From Patellaria atrata CBS 101060 (taxonomy: Eukaryota), in assembly GCA_010093705.1 (NCBI GenBank), contig MU006107.1, positions 170,031 to 234,030 of the forward strand: DNA of 64,000 nucleotides, written 5' to 3'. The position numbers were made by a program, and so were the translations under genes. The number at the start of each line of letters is the position of its first letter. The first letter of the stretch is position 1. Shown piece by piece: positions 49,093 to 62,065 of the stretch. A model generated the notes under the pieces. The model had not been told where the DNA came from. It saw nothing but the letters and a program-made list of their open reading frames with translations, and did not search any database.

Positions 49093-50850
49093 CTTGATGG
49101 CGTTGAATTGTGCGGAGGTGGATTCTTCAGACCTACGCTCTAGAATTGTGGAGAGTTCTGGGGGAGTTGGTTCCTGTGTGGTACAGGGCGGTTCGAAGAA
49201 AGGAAGTGGAGTCGGAACTCCTTGTGCTGGAGAGTCCGCGGGAGGATTGGAAGACGGGTGTGATGTCTTCCAGGCGGTTCTGAGAAAAGTCGTCTCTTGT
49301 GAGGGACGGGAGTGATGGAGCTTTCGGGTAAACCTCGCTACGGCGCGTCTATAAGTAACAAGGGCTGTCAGTGACGTCCGCAGCTTGATAAGAACTTGCA
49401 CAAATCGTTTGAACATGTTCAAGTGTGTTTTGCCTTGAATTTTGGATACGAGGGGTACGCGTACAGACCATTCTTGAAGCTTCTAGCAGCAGTTCTTGAT
49501 ATACAACCGTTCAGTTAGTTAACAATACTGAACGATGTACACGTGAAGATATGGCCACATGAGCAAGCTGTGTGTCCGTAGATCCGATGTCTCGTACTGT
49601 GTATGAAGAGAAGGATAAGCAAGGCAAGTTGATACCATCACAGACTGATGGTCTCGTGTTTACTTTTCACCTTCAAACTCTATAACCTTGTCAGTCAAGG
49701 AACGATGCGTATTTTGGTAACAGCATCATTCCCGGAAATAGATGTCGTACTATTGTACGGTGATATCAGTATGCCATTCCATTTTGTCAGATCACTTACT
49801 TCGTCTTGGTCCAAGAAAGGAGCGGCATCTTAGGCGCCGTTGTTGAAGTGAGATGTTTTTTCAAGAAGTCTGAGGGCGAGGAAATCCAGTTGAATACCTA
49901 GAAGGTGGACCTACGCGTTTGCACTCATCCGTTTGCACGCGTTCACCTTCACTTTGAACAGCGGACTATGTCGAACTCTTCAACATTCAGATTTACTTAC
50001 TAGCTAGGTGAAAGCAAACAGGATATGAAGGCTCTCAGACCCGATTCTCAGTTCAACTCTACCAGCAGCAACGCCCCTCGATATTTCCAGACCTAAATTT
50101 CTAACAGTACCTCATATCTTCGTAGTGGCGTCTACACGTCTATCAGACCCCCTCGCTGAGCAGTACGCACTTCACGAAACACCACCTTCTCCCTAATTTT
50201 CCTCGTCAATTTCAGACAACGTCACCGGGAGCATGCGAAAGATCATTAAGAATCAGATCTGAGTACCCATAGAATAATAAGAATACCTCTTATTTCCTAC
50301 TATCACCACCCCGGCGTACACCACCGGTTGTACGCCTGCTACGTCCCCAGGATCTTCCTATAGTATAACTTTTCAGTCCATTCTCAGAAGTCCCGAGCGT
50401 ACAACACCAAGCGTAATACACCGCAAACCCATACCTAAAGTCAAAGAACCCTAGTATATTTCCCAAATATTAATGGTCTCCCCGGCCGGGAAGATCTATG
50501 TAAATGAGCAGTCCGGTCCCTGATTGAAACCCTAGATGGATAGAAGGGAGACTTGTACGGGATGTTTTGCCCTAATTTTGGTACTCTGTAAGTACGAAAG
50601 GTTTCGGAACGGGAGTAATTGGGGAAGAACTTATTTACCCAATACGTATGACGGGTAGCGATACAGAAGCGTATTTTCGTAGTTAAACGAGGACTATGGG
50701 ATTTGAGCAAAGTGCTATACTGACTCCGTAGCAACTAACAGTATAAATCCACTTGTTGTATTATATGTTCAATCAATATCTAATTACTAGAATCATAACG
50801 CAATGCAATAAACTAAAAATAGTTCATGTTATACAGTAATGTTCCAACAA

Positions 50851-52044
50851 CTATTCCCTCTCTCCATCTATCGATGCTCTCGGTGACGGGGGCAGAGGTT
50901 TCATATGCGGGTCGTGTCCTGGAGGCGCCCGCACCCCCAGTTCCGCGATCAGCGGTCCATGATATTCCTCCGCAGCTGGTGGGCTGCTTTTCACAGCGTC
51001 TTGATAACTAGGTGGATTATCATCCTCGTCTCTATTTGACAAGAGTCCCTCCTCTTCCATGTTCGCCACAGCATCCGTCAAGGTACTGGCATCAATGCCA
51101 TTATAGATCCTCCAACACACGTAAGCAAGTAAAGCTGCTCCTCCGACACTCGCCGCAATAATAAGCGCAACCGGCCAAAATGCCTCTGCGAAAAGTGTCA
51201 CATCGTCCCATTTGTCCAGTATGAAGTGTCGGAGCGAGCCAATCCTCCCGAAGCTATCAAATTCAGAGTACCAGATATACCGGTACCATGGGGAATCATT
51301 AAGGTCAGGGCAGCGCCAGGAACTACGATCGCAAGAGCCCACTGCGTGTGGGAGGGGTGGGAGATAATTGAACTGACGGCGGACTAGTTGAGCTTCCGTG
51401 ATGGCGTAGTTACGTCGGGGTGAGTCGGACCGAGAATGATTCTCGTCACTCAACACAATCTGAATTCGCATCTGGGATGGTACGTCTAGGAGGATGTGTG
51501 AGTCGTCGGCTGTGACGCCGATGAGATTTAGGTCTAGGGTGAACTCGGGGTTGTAATATGTTATGGATGGGTCATCCCGAGGGGTTATCAAGCGGTCGTA
51601 GTCAAGTTGAAGGAGAGGCATCGCTGTACCGATCCGGAACTGCATGTCGAGAGGCTGCCAGTCGTCTAAGATCAAGATATCGAGCTCTTTTGCAGTTATG
51701 TTAGCTGGGACTTGATATGCCACGAGTCTAGGAGGAATGTCCGGGTTTGGGAGAGGAAGGAAGGGATGATTGTTCAGAATGAGCGTATGGTTCATACGGC
51801 ACATGGTGAAGTTAAGGAGGACGGCGCTTGGGGAATCTGTTGGTATCCATCTGGGGACCCAGTGTCGATTGTCTTCATACAGTAATTTATACAGTGGTAC
51901 TCCGGGAAGGTCGAGCTTGACTATGAAACTGTGTGCATCTGCCGTCCATGTTATATTCGCCGCAGCGCGGTGATGTATATAAGCTCTTGACGGTTGTATG
52001 AAAGGGATCACGCCAACGAGGATAATTGAAATGAGAGACTTCAT
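50851..52044 (-). CDS. Predicted single-pass membrane protein (signal peptide plus C-terminal transmembrane helix), unknown function
   Basis: MKSLISIILVGVIPFIQPSRA signal-like start, TM segment FWPVALIIAASVGGAALLAYVCW and cytosolic PPSY motif. Confidence 0.7.
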   Translation of the reverse strand: MKSLISIILVGVIPFIQPSRAYIHHRAAANITWTADAHSFIVKLDLPGVPLYKLLYEDNRHWVPRWIPTDSPSAVLLNFTMCRMNHTLILNNHPFLPLPNPDIPPRLVAYQVPANITAKELDILILDDWQPLDMQFRIGTAMPLLQLDYDRLITPRDDPSITYYNPEFTLDLNLIGVTADDSHILLDVPSQMRIQIVLSDENHSRSDSPRRNYAITEAQLVRRQFNYLPPLPHAVGSCDRSSWRCPDLNDSPWYRYIWYSEFDSFGRIGSLRHFILDKWDDVTLFAEAFWPVALIIAASVGGAALLAYVCWRIYNGIDASTLTDAVANMEEEGLLSNRDEDDNPPSYQDAVKSSPPAAEEYHGPLIAELGVRAPPGHDPHMKPLPPSPRASIDGERE

Positions 52045-52241
52045 GATGCGTGGGATGAGACTATAAACACGTGGAGAATGTCTTAATGTAATGAAAAAGT
52101 GACATACTGTAGAAGAAAAATAGCAACGAAAAGGAATGATATGGAGGGTCCCTGAGGTGATGTTGATATCGGTGGCAGTGCAAAAGGAGCGAAGGATTCG
52201 ACCGCGAACCATTCCATGTCCACGACTCGAGCACAATTCTA

Positions 52242-53500
52242 CTTTGGTAGCCGGCATAAGTTTCGATAGTACGACCCCACCAAGCCACAAAATGAGGTTG
52301 TAATACAAATATATTTTTGATTATCTAATCCTACCACTTTGTGAATCCGCCTCCTGCTGTAACGACGCCCTTACAGCGTTGTTGCATGCTCTCAATCAGT
52401 TCATGAAGCTGCTCAGTTGTAATCGCCTCCCATGCTTCCTTCACGATAGTACGTAATGTATCGTATGTTGGATTTTCAAGAGCCCCATACTTATGCTGTA
52501 TGTAGTCCTTCATCCAGTTCCATACTGTCTCAATAGGATTGAGATCTGGTGAGAATGGAGGCCAAGTCATGGTGTTGATACCACGGTCTTGTAGCTCTTG
52601 AATCGTCGCTACCGCTGCCTGCCCAGGAGCATTATCTTGCATAAAGATTAAGCCTGGATTCGTCATTATCCACCCATGTACAATCGGTACGATACGATTG
52701 CAGCATGTATCTTGATTGATACTGCCCCATTCCTTCTCGCAAAAGAGACATGGCCCTTTTGTTGTACCGTTGAATGATGCCCAAAACATCCGGCCACGGT
52801 TACGAAGTCTCTTTGTAACCAGACATGTATCTTCTAGCTCTTCACTTTGTTCTCTTGTAACCCAAGTCTTTCGATGCCTTGTACCATTGACCCAGGTCTC
52901 GTCACTCCAGAGTATTGTCTCTGCCCAGGCTAATCTCTTCAAACAATTAGCCTCAGTTTAGGGAGATTTGGCTAATGCAATGTACCTTCGATATCCAGCG
53001 CGACGTAATGAGGATCGGATTGCATATTCACCAACACCCCAGTGTGCAAATATCTCAGTTGCGAGTCTCTGATAGCTCATACGACGTGTCTCTCGTGATT
53101 GAGGTATATATGTAATCAACTCTTCAACCTGCTTTTGTGATAACTATGGTGGGCGCCCGCTACGCTTCATTGGTGTAACTTGCTCGGCTTGACATGCTCG
53201 CTAAACTTGCTGGTATGAGAATCCAAGATGCTTGACAATTGCTTCATATGTAAGGCCAATTCCTCGTAATGTTTGGACTTGGATTCGTTGATCGCGAGTA
53301 AGATGATGGCGTCGTGGAGGCGTTGAGGGAGGCATATTCAGTATAGATAGATTTATAACACAAAGGTAATAACACGTGGACGCGAGGAGTGAATAGGATA
53401 TTAAATAAGACGCTGAGTAAGAAATAATAGTATGAATATGGTTAGTATATACAAAAGCTTGGTGGGGTCGTACTATCGAAACTTATGCCGGCTACCACAG
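52242..53500 (-). mobile_element. Tc1/mariner (impala-like, DD34E) DNA transposon, full-length 1259 bp, inactive
   Basis: 44-bp TIRs at 52242-52285 and 53457-53500 (one mismatch). TA on both flanks (52240-52241, 53501-53502). Internal transposase. Confidence 0.95.
52331..53335 (-). pseudogene. Tc1 transposase pseudogene
   Basis: ATG at 53335, GRP motif, ILWSDETW and FMQDNAP-(34)-SPDLNPIE. In-frame stops at 53201-53203 (TAG), 53144-53146 (TAG) and 52958-52960 (TAA). Confidence 0.92.
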
Positions 53501-54000
53501 TACTGTAGTCTGGTATCATCGAGGCACCGTCTCGACTCAATATTATCTATATCCTATGAATGTTGTTACTGAATTGAAGTTGAAAGGTCATTAACTACAG
53601 TATACAAGAGTATTGGACCGTTACGTTACACTAAGGAGTACCCTACTGTGTAGAGCGATTTGATTCGAAGCTGAGCTTCCCTTGAACAACGAACGCGGGG
53701 TAGTCTAAATAGACATACCTCTACTGTAGCTATTTTCTAGTTGTCGGTACAGATGTTATCAATTACTCTATTCTTGATACTTACTGTACTGTATGGATCC
53801 AGTCATGATGTAGGAATTCCATCTCCAATTGAATATCCAACCGATATCGGGACAGCAAATCGAAGAAAATTACCAGCTACAATTCACAATTCGTTGTAGT
53901 ACAGTCGAGGTATGCCGGCTTACTGCTATCTATCTTCCTTGAAAACAAGGCAGACGCCGATGAGTCTTTCGTACAGCCTGATGCGCGAAGTTTATATGGG

Positions 54001-55235
54001 ATGACATTTCTATCTCCAATTTATTCTCTTCTCGTATTCTGTAACAAGAGGGCCAGGGACTTCAATAACTTCGTCGAAGATATGCCTTCCTCCAGATCGC
54101 GAAAAGTGCTCAAGGGTATTAGTTGGACAGTCTTCTGCATAGTCTGCTCTCCCCTAGTCTGCTACTACACTATTGAAGTGCTGCTGGAAGATGTTATTGA
54201 TAAAAAGAAGCGTGAAGCAGCAAAGGTTAGAAGGAGAGAAAAGAAAGAACACCGAGAACGCGTTCCAGTTCCGTTACCAGGAGTACGGCCGCGACGTCTA
54301 AGTCTCCCTCTCTGTGAACCACCAGTTGAAGCTCAGCCGAACGAAAAGCGGCCTATACATGTGCTACCCATCAGGAGGAAAAATGTACGACAACCTGCAA
54401 TTGTTCAGACCACTCTTGACCAGCTACAATCCCCGCTCTTCAATACTCTACCCGCAGAAATACGAGTCCTCATATACCAATACGCTATTGGGAACCAAAC
54501 GCTACATATAACCCATTTGAATAAACGGCTGGGTCACATCGTATGCATGAACACAAGCTCTCAAAAACAATTTGGTGTGAGACGGCACTTTTGCTGGGGT
54601 TACGAGACAGAATCCAAGGAATTCATAAATGGCGATCCAGAGTTGTTTTCTAACACCATGGGCGAAGGATTTACCACTCCATCAAGTACAGGCAGTCTTC
54701 TTAGCCTTCTAAAATCCTGTCGACGAGTGTACGAACTTCCTGTCACACATAAAAATAGTAAAAGCTAATTCAAAAAAGATATTCAGAAGCAATCAGCATA
54801 CTCTACACACGGAACATCTTCGCCGTAAAGCATATCCGTACAGTAATCGACTTGAACCATACCATCCTAACTTCAAGACTCCACCAAATTCGAACACTAG
54901 ATCTGCGTTGGACCACACAAGCTCCGTGGCATGCGGAGAACATCGATAATCGCACGACAGTATATGACAAGAGGACTTGGGAGCACGTCTGGTCAATCAT
55001 AGCTAGAATGGATGGTCTTCGTAACTTGAAAGTCGAGATTGGAGGACCTGGTCTCTTGGAACCAGCACACGTTCTGGCTGTATTGAGACCCCTCTATCAC
55101 GTTAAACAGACGAATGTTTTTATGGTGACTATTGAGGATTGGCGAAAGAAGGTTCAGGGTGACCTACCTCCTGGTCCGTTCTTGCTGAGAAGCCGTTATT
55201 CGCGCACCAAAGAGGAAGTTGCATGGAACCCTTGA
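54001..55235 (+). CDS. F-box-like hypothetical protein
   Basis: QLQSPLFNTLPAEIRVLIYQYAIG and LLSLLKSCRRV|YSEAISILYTRNIF. One intron at ~54729-54779. Start is 54001 or 54082. Confidence 0.75.
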
Positions 55236-55585
55236 TGAGCCTGTATCGTCTCTTGGTTCTGCACGATCGATTATTCCATAGTAGATACATATAAAAGTAC
55301 TTGTACTATACCCTCGAAATTGAATCATCGATAGCTTACATTGTCCTATCATATCTTACTGAGTGATAAGAGTTCCATTGCGATTTCTGTGCTGTACTGC
55401 ACTCTACAAGACCTTGATTGCTGAAACATTCGAGTAGGGGCTCAATTATGTTACGTGCACTCGCTCAACTTCGTCGGGTACGGTGTACCTTACTGGAATG
55501 GATATAGAGCCGTCCACTTTGTGTGACTTTTGTGACAGCCTGTCAGGCTGCTACAAGGTATTTGGGGTGGCTTTTAACATCGATA

Positions 55586-56730
55586 TTGAGCTTACTGTTG
55601 GGGAAGTGTGGAGTGTCGAAAGCTGACAGAATCTAATATTCATCAGCTCCGCGACTCAATTCCGCCGGAAGACTTACCGATAACTTTTCAAGATGCAATA
55701 TACGTAACCAAATCTTTGGGCATGAGATACTTGTGGATAGACGCTCTATGTATAATGCAAGATTCTATAGCAGACTGGACAAAACAAAGCAGCTCAGGTG
55801 GAGAAGGTACATCAGAATGCTCGATGCTGCATTGCAGCTATCGATGCCCATAATGGTTCAGAAGGATGCGTTCACATGAGAAAGATAGATGAGCATGCTC
55901 TCCTATTTCTAGAGCATACCATTCCTGCCCCAAAACATTCCACATAGCTGCTCGTGACAGCCCTGATATTTATATCCCCTTCTTGGACGCCAGAGCTCAG
56001 ACCTATGAACAGCGTAATCCACGAAAATTACACTTCGGTAGATATGGTGTAGGTTAGGAGTGCCGTGTCTACACTGCGGACGAGTGAACTCCAAAGATGC
56101 ATCAGTTATATATGAAGCCGGAGTCGAGCTGAAGAATCTACTGTGTTATCCAGTTCGCAAGCTTTATCCATCTCCGCTTACACTGTGGTACGAAGCTGCT
56201 AGATAAGTACACTGGAGGCTCTTTGATAGTTTTAGACGACAAGCTAATGGCAAATTCAGCTATTCAAACCAAATACGGCCATTTCTCGGCGACCACGCGG
56301 CTGGTCTTTGGAGACCTGATCATAACGTTTTCCTAAAAGGTTTACTGAGGGAAGTCGAACGACATCGAGCTACAAGACCTCCCATTGTTACTACGAGTAG
56401 AGCTCCGTCATGGGGCTGGGCCGGTGTGGACTGTCCTATTGATTATCCCGTATATCCCAGTATGCCAGGAGGTGAAATTGCAATTCTTTAGCTAGTATAG
56501 AGGAAATAAAAATAGCTCTGAAAAGCAAGGAGAATCCTTTTGGTCAGGTGTTGGATGGATACATTGAGCTCTCTTCTTTCATTACCACGGGTATTGTGGC
56601 TAATGACAATGACAGCCTCAGACTTGTGTTGCTGGTTGAGGAAAAGTTTATGGGAACCAACCAGATCACATTGGATGGGGGATTCGAATTGTATAGCCGG
56701 GATCTCGATGATGTTCCTATCCTGTAGCGT
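55586..56730 (+). pseudogene. HET-domain (heterokaryon incompatibility family) pseudogene
   Basis: LS/YCWG (frameshifted), LPITFQDAIYVTKSLGMRYLWIDALCIMQDS..DW, then frameshifted EKVHQNARCCIAA, AGLW and RAPSWGWAG. Multiple frameshifts and stops. Confidence 0.85.
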
Positions 56731-58098
56731 ACTACCGTCACTTAGTCGCAAATTGTGAGGCTTATCGTAACTCAGACTCAGCGGGTTATATCCGTGTAGG
56801 CGTTTTTACAGTGACCGTAGCGCAGTTACGAGATAACTGAAGAGAGTTGACGGAGAGGAAGACGATAACAGATCGAGAGATGATGCGCCCCACGAAGTTG
56901 AACATCAGGATACCTATCCTCCTTGGACAAGAGCAAGGATTGGGGTAAGATAAATGCCACTGAAACGAGAGAGTTCGCCTCATTCCCAGTTCTACTTGAA
57001 AGAGGTTACAACACCTGGTAGATTTATATCCTGTTACTTGTCATCATTCGGACTGCTAAGTCATCATACGATTACGGTACAAGATACCATCTACTGTCGG
57101 TTTGTAGGCATGCAGCAAGACCGGAGTGTCAAGACTAGAGAGGAGACGAAGTGTCGGCTCTTTAGTTACGATGCGCTAGGACCGCAGACGAGTATCTTCA
57201 GATACCTTACACTGACGTAATTTATGTTCTTTCCATCATGTTCATATCAGGAGATAGTAGGTAAGTATGATCTAGGTAGCTGTGAAGCTGTATGGCTCAT
57301 TCCGAATTTTACGACGCCTAACAATGCGCATTTTTGCGGTGCTCATGGACTATGAGATAGAGAAATATAGAGAGGAATTAACAAATTTAGAATGTGTCGA
57401 TGTAAGTAAGAACAGATAGAAAGACGGAAGTTCTTTCAGATCATCTTTTCAATCGTAGCAAGTTTTTAGGTGGAGGTTAGCAAAAACCCCTGTCAGGACT
57501 GCAAACAGTCTAGCTCTAGTGGAATGCCAAGACCGTTTGGATCTTGCTTAAATTGTCGGCCGCCCCTCACTCTCGTGTTGCTCTTGTGCTTTCAAAGAAC
57601 CGAAGCCGTCCAACCTAACCGAGGAATTCACGTCTGTGCCCGCCGTGCGCCGAAATTCAAACATCCTGACCCTTTTTGTGACTTTCCAAAGAGCCGCATG
57701 ACGACGCATTCGGTCAACCTTCAAAGCTCTTTCTACCAATAAGATTAAACGCCTGCATTCGGCCTACTTCTTATGTTTCAATTACAAGCTCGAAACATAC
57801 ACGTCATTCGCAATTGAACCAGTCACTCAGCTCTTCTTGCAGACAGCCGCGTCTACAGGTACCACAAACATTCAACGCGACAGCGACTATCAACGCATCA
57901 AATCTTGCACTACAATACGCTACATCTAAAGGATCATTGCGTCCCTTTAGATTTCATCAACAATATTCGCATCACTCCCCCGCACTCGTCTTGTCCCTCC
58001 GAACGTCGCCGAGGACTATATCCAGAGCTATACGTATCACTCCGAACCCAACAACCTTTCATAAAAATTGATAATAGCTCGTTGAGCATGTAGTAGGA

Positions 58099-60753
58099 AT
58101 GCTGATTAAATCACCGAGAAACCTACACTATCCTATTACTGTCACGGAGCTTCTTAAGCGACCATCAGATGAGGTCGAGAGATTTGCGCCTTTGTTCTCA
58201 TACTACTATACTTCGAAGGTAACTGAACGCAACGAATTTGGCGATGAGTCCCAGGTTGAGCGGAAGTTTCCCACGAAGTTTGAGTGCGAGACCAACGGCA
58301 CAATCCTCAATTGGAAGATCAATGCAGAGACCGTCATAAGTGCTCCAGGGTATGTTGTAATATCCCCTATCTCAAACTATATCTAACGTGTATCATAGCA
58401 TCCCAATTGTCGAAGTAGATGAGCCATGTCGTCACGAGATACAGTTTGGTGGAATGTGTGCCACTTGTGGCAAGAATATGGATGAGTATGTAGCCAATTC
58501 CCATGAGTCTCACCTTATGCTAATATAAAAATAGAGTCAACTATGCGACTTCAGTGCGTGACTCAGCTCGCGCTCCTATTAATATGACACATGGTCACAC
58601 TGCTCTTACTGTTAGTCATACCGAAGCATCACGAGTCGAAGAGGAAGCTAAGCGCAGACTCCTGTCAAACAGAAGACTTTCGCTAGTTGTAGACTTGGAT
58701 CAAACTATAATTCATGCGACCGTAGACCCTACAGTTGCGGAGTGGCAAAAAGATGAGGATAATCCAAATCACGATGCAGTCAAGGACGTGAGAGCATTTC
58801 AGCTTGTGGATGACGGTCCCGGTGGCCGTGGCTGCTGGTACTATATTAAACTTCGGCCTGGCCTAGAAGAGTTCCTGAAGAACATTTCTAAACTCTACGA
58901 ATTACACATATACACCATGGGCACAAGAGCATATGCACAAAATATAGCGAAGATAGTTGACCCTGACAGGAAGATATTCGGCGATAGGATTTTGAGTAGA
59001 GATGAAAGCGGGAGCCTACAAGTAAAGACACTTCACCGATTATTCCCTGTGGACACCAAAATGGTCGTCATTATAGACGACCGAGGTGACGTCTGGAATT
59101 GGAGTCATAACCTAATCAAAGTCACAGCATATGACTTCTTTGTTGGAATTGGGGACATCAACTCGAGTTTTCTCCCTAAGCGTGACCCGCTCCCGCCCAT
59201 GCTGAAACCGCCAGTAATCGAATTAGCACCGGGACACGATCGAAACCAGAAGCCAGAAGGGGATGGAGGATCATCAATTCAAACAAAAGAACCTCAAACT
59301 ACAGAAACAACAGTCCCGGGCGTAGAAACTCCGGTATCTGCACTTGAACAGCAACTTGTTTCAATGGGAGGAGGTAGTGACCCAATCGTCTTGGAACAGC
59401 AGACTACTCAGCAAGAGGAAAAGATAACAGCCCAGGTCACAGATCGCCCCTTGTTGAAATTGCAGAAGAAACTAGACGAAGCGGATGAAGAAGCTGCTGC
59501 TATGGAGAACGGGAACAACGCGGATGAACCTTCCCAAGATTCTCATAAACACCGTCATAACCTCCTTCAGGACCATGACAATGAGCTTGCACACTTAGAA
59601 ACGAATCTACGACACATCCACGAGAAGTTTTTCGAAGAATACGAAAAGTCGCTGGCAAGTTCACATGGTGGAAGGGTGGCGGAGCTCAGAGGGGAAAAAG
59701 CCGCAAAAAAGAGACCAGTTGATGATCTTGAACTCGTACCAGACGTGAAGGATATCATGCCGTCCATGAAATGTGAGGTGCTGAAAAACGTGTCGATCGT
59801 TTTCTCGGGCCTTATTCCGCTAGGTACAAATATTCAATAGTAAGTAAACTTGGTCACACCACTAGTAAGTCCTAACCAATTACAGCGCCGATATTGCCAT
59901 CTGGGCTAGAAGCTTTGGTGCAGAAGTGACGCAGGACATCACCCGAAGAACTACTCACGTCGTCGCTAGCAAGCAGAGGAAGACGGCAAAGGTTAAACAG
60001 GCCGCTCGTAGGCCAAGAATCAAGATCGTTTCCCTTGATTGGCTTCTAGAATGCTTCCAGACGTGGAGACGACCGGAAGAAGTATTATACGAAATTGAAG
60101 TCCATCCTGACGAAGCGGGACCTCAAATAGCGCTTGCGAGCTCACCCTTGGAAGAGCTTCAAGATGGGGTTGTGCTATCATCATCCGAAGATGAGGCCGC
60201 AATCAATGATGAAACTACAGCTGCACCAACGCCGCTTAGCGTAATAACCGGAGACGTTAACGAAGCTGAGGACCTTATGCCAACATCGCCCATTGATGAG
60301 AAGGCTCTCAGAGGAACACAAGAGGAATGGGATTCAATGAATGCAGAGATCGATGAGATGTTAGCAGAGTCTGGATCCGATGACGACGGTGGTGAGAGCG
60401 ACTCGAGTATCGGAAGTTCAACAAGTTCAAAAAGCAATAAGAAAAGAAAACGAGGCACCGACTCCGGAAACTCGAGCGCAGCCGAAGATAGTGATTCTAG
60501 CGTTAAGAGCAGCCAAGGGTCAAGGCTGCAAAGACGTAAGAAGAGAGCATTAGAGCGCGTGACAAGTCTGACAAACGTTACGATAGCAGAAAAATCAACT
60601 GGTCTCCCAAGCCCGGATACAACTGGACCAGAAGATCCCCAAGGGGTGGAAGCTGGTGATGGCGAAGGCGACGATTTGGAGGACGACGAGGACTTTGAAG
60701 CAGAGATGATGGCGGAATTCGAGAGAGACGATGACGAGTCGGATGCGGGTTGA
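58099..60753 (+). CDS. FCP1: RNA polymerase II CTD phosphatase Fcp1
   Basis: EPCRHEIQFGGMCATCG, LVVDLDQTIIHAT (DxDxT motif), KLRPGL and IIDDRGDVW, plus a BRCT domain (TTHVVA..TAKV..WL). Three introns. Confidence 0.96.
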
Positions 60754-62065
60754 AATATAGTTTTCTTGTCTCGGCTATACCATGTTTCGTGACAAGATTA
60801 CCAGATTAGCATAGCCTAGCCGGCTTCACTGCTTCCGCCCGCACCTACTGTTCTGCCTCATTGCTGCCGCAGCCGCCATTCCTTCCTTCTACGTCCTGAG
60901 TCGTCACTTCCCAGTTCGTAGGGGGTCTCGTATTCTCCCGGTAAGGGTGGTTCTCGGCGGCTATCGTCAGGTTGTAAGCTTCGCATCGGCGCTTGAGCAT
61001 GAACTGGAAGGAAATGGAGTGTGATGCGGGCCACCTTGACGAGAATGAAGATCAAGCGTGAAAGAGGAGCCGCCATGTCCAGCTGTAAAAGAAAGATCAA
61101 CGGGTCATAGGAAAGTATCCGTAGTGAGGACCGCAGTATTGTAGGATTAGTGATCTAGGATCGGAATATCTTTTGGGTGAGATGGTAACATATACGGATT
61201 GAAATCGGGTTGGGATTCACACATGGACACGGATATGGAATACTTAGGAATACCTTCAGGTGGCGATATGTAGCGATAGTGGAATCATGAGTCTCTCGTC
61301 ACTTCTGTTGCTAATTGATTATGTGGACATGGTCCTCCCGCTCAAAAGGGCCAGTCGACGCTTCTTACCGTACCAGCATACGGTGACTTCCCCAGGGAGT
61401 ACGGACCACTTCAGATCTACGAGGTGCCTTCCGCATTCCTTCTATTACCGTCAATGTAGTATGGCCGCTGTCTTGCTACCTTCTACGGCAGCACGCAGAA
61501 TGGAGGCAATATGCTGTCCAGCATACGGATCTCCCGTCCTTGGTTTTTCACATCGCTATGTCCCCTAATCTAGAGCTGGAGAACGTATCTTATAAATTAG
61601 AACCTATCTCAAGTACGAGACTTTTCATTCCTCCAGTTCGATCGAGGCCCACCCATACCTTGATATTGAAATACTCGAGCAAAACTGAAAGTTTACGCTT
61701 GACTACCGGCGGAAGTGTTCTTTTAAACAAAATTTTTGCATTTCTTTTCTTCTTTTGGCGTTTGTATTATGTATATATCCCAGGAACGCGGTATACGAGG
61801 TTGTAGATTGAGTGTCTACTCCCGTGGGATAGTCACAACAGCGATAGGAGCGAACGATATAGTTCTACATTTGACTTTTCTATGACGTTACAAGTATAAT
61901 GGCATAAACTAGACATTAAGCCTCCCAACCTCTGGCACAGTTTCCACGGACCCTTGACTCCAACAACCAAGCAAACCTCCTGTATCAAGACAAAGGAAAC
62001 CCAAACGAAAGTACCCACACATGATTACCGTCTGAGACATACCATTGCAATGCAGAACCCACGCT

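Noticed and set aside
50313..50336. 8-bp hairpin (GGCGTACA/TGTACGCC) as a Helitron end
   Set aside because: No adjacent CTRR terminus or other Helitron evidence.
52045..52308. N-terminal 88 aa of the 485-aa ORF 50851-52308
   Set aside because: It begins at TTG inside the transposon and reads through the TIR. The signal-peptide ATG at 52044 is the better start.
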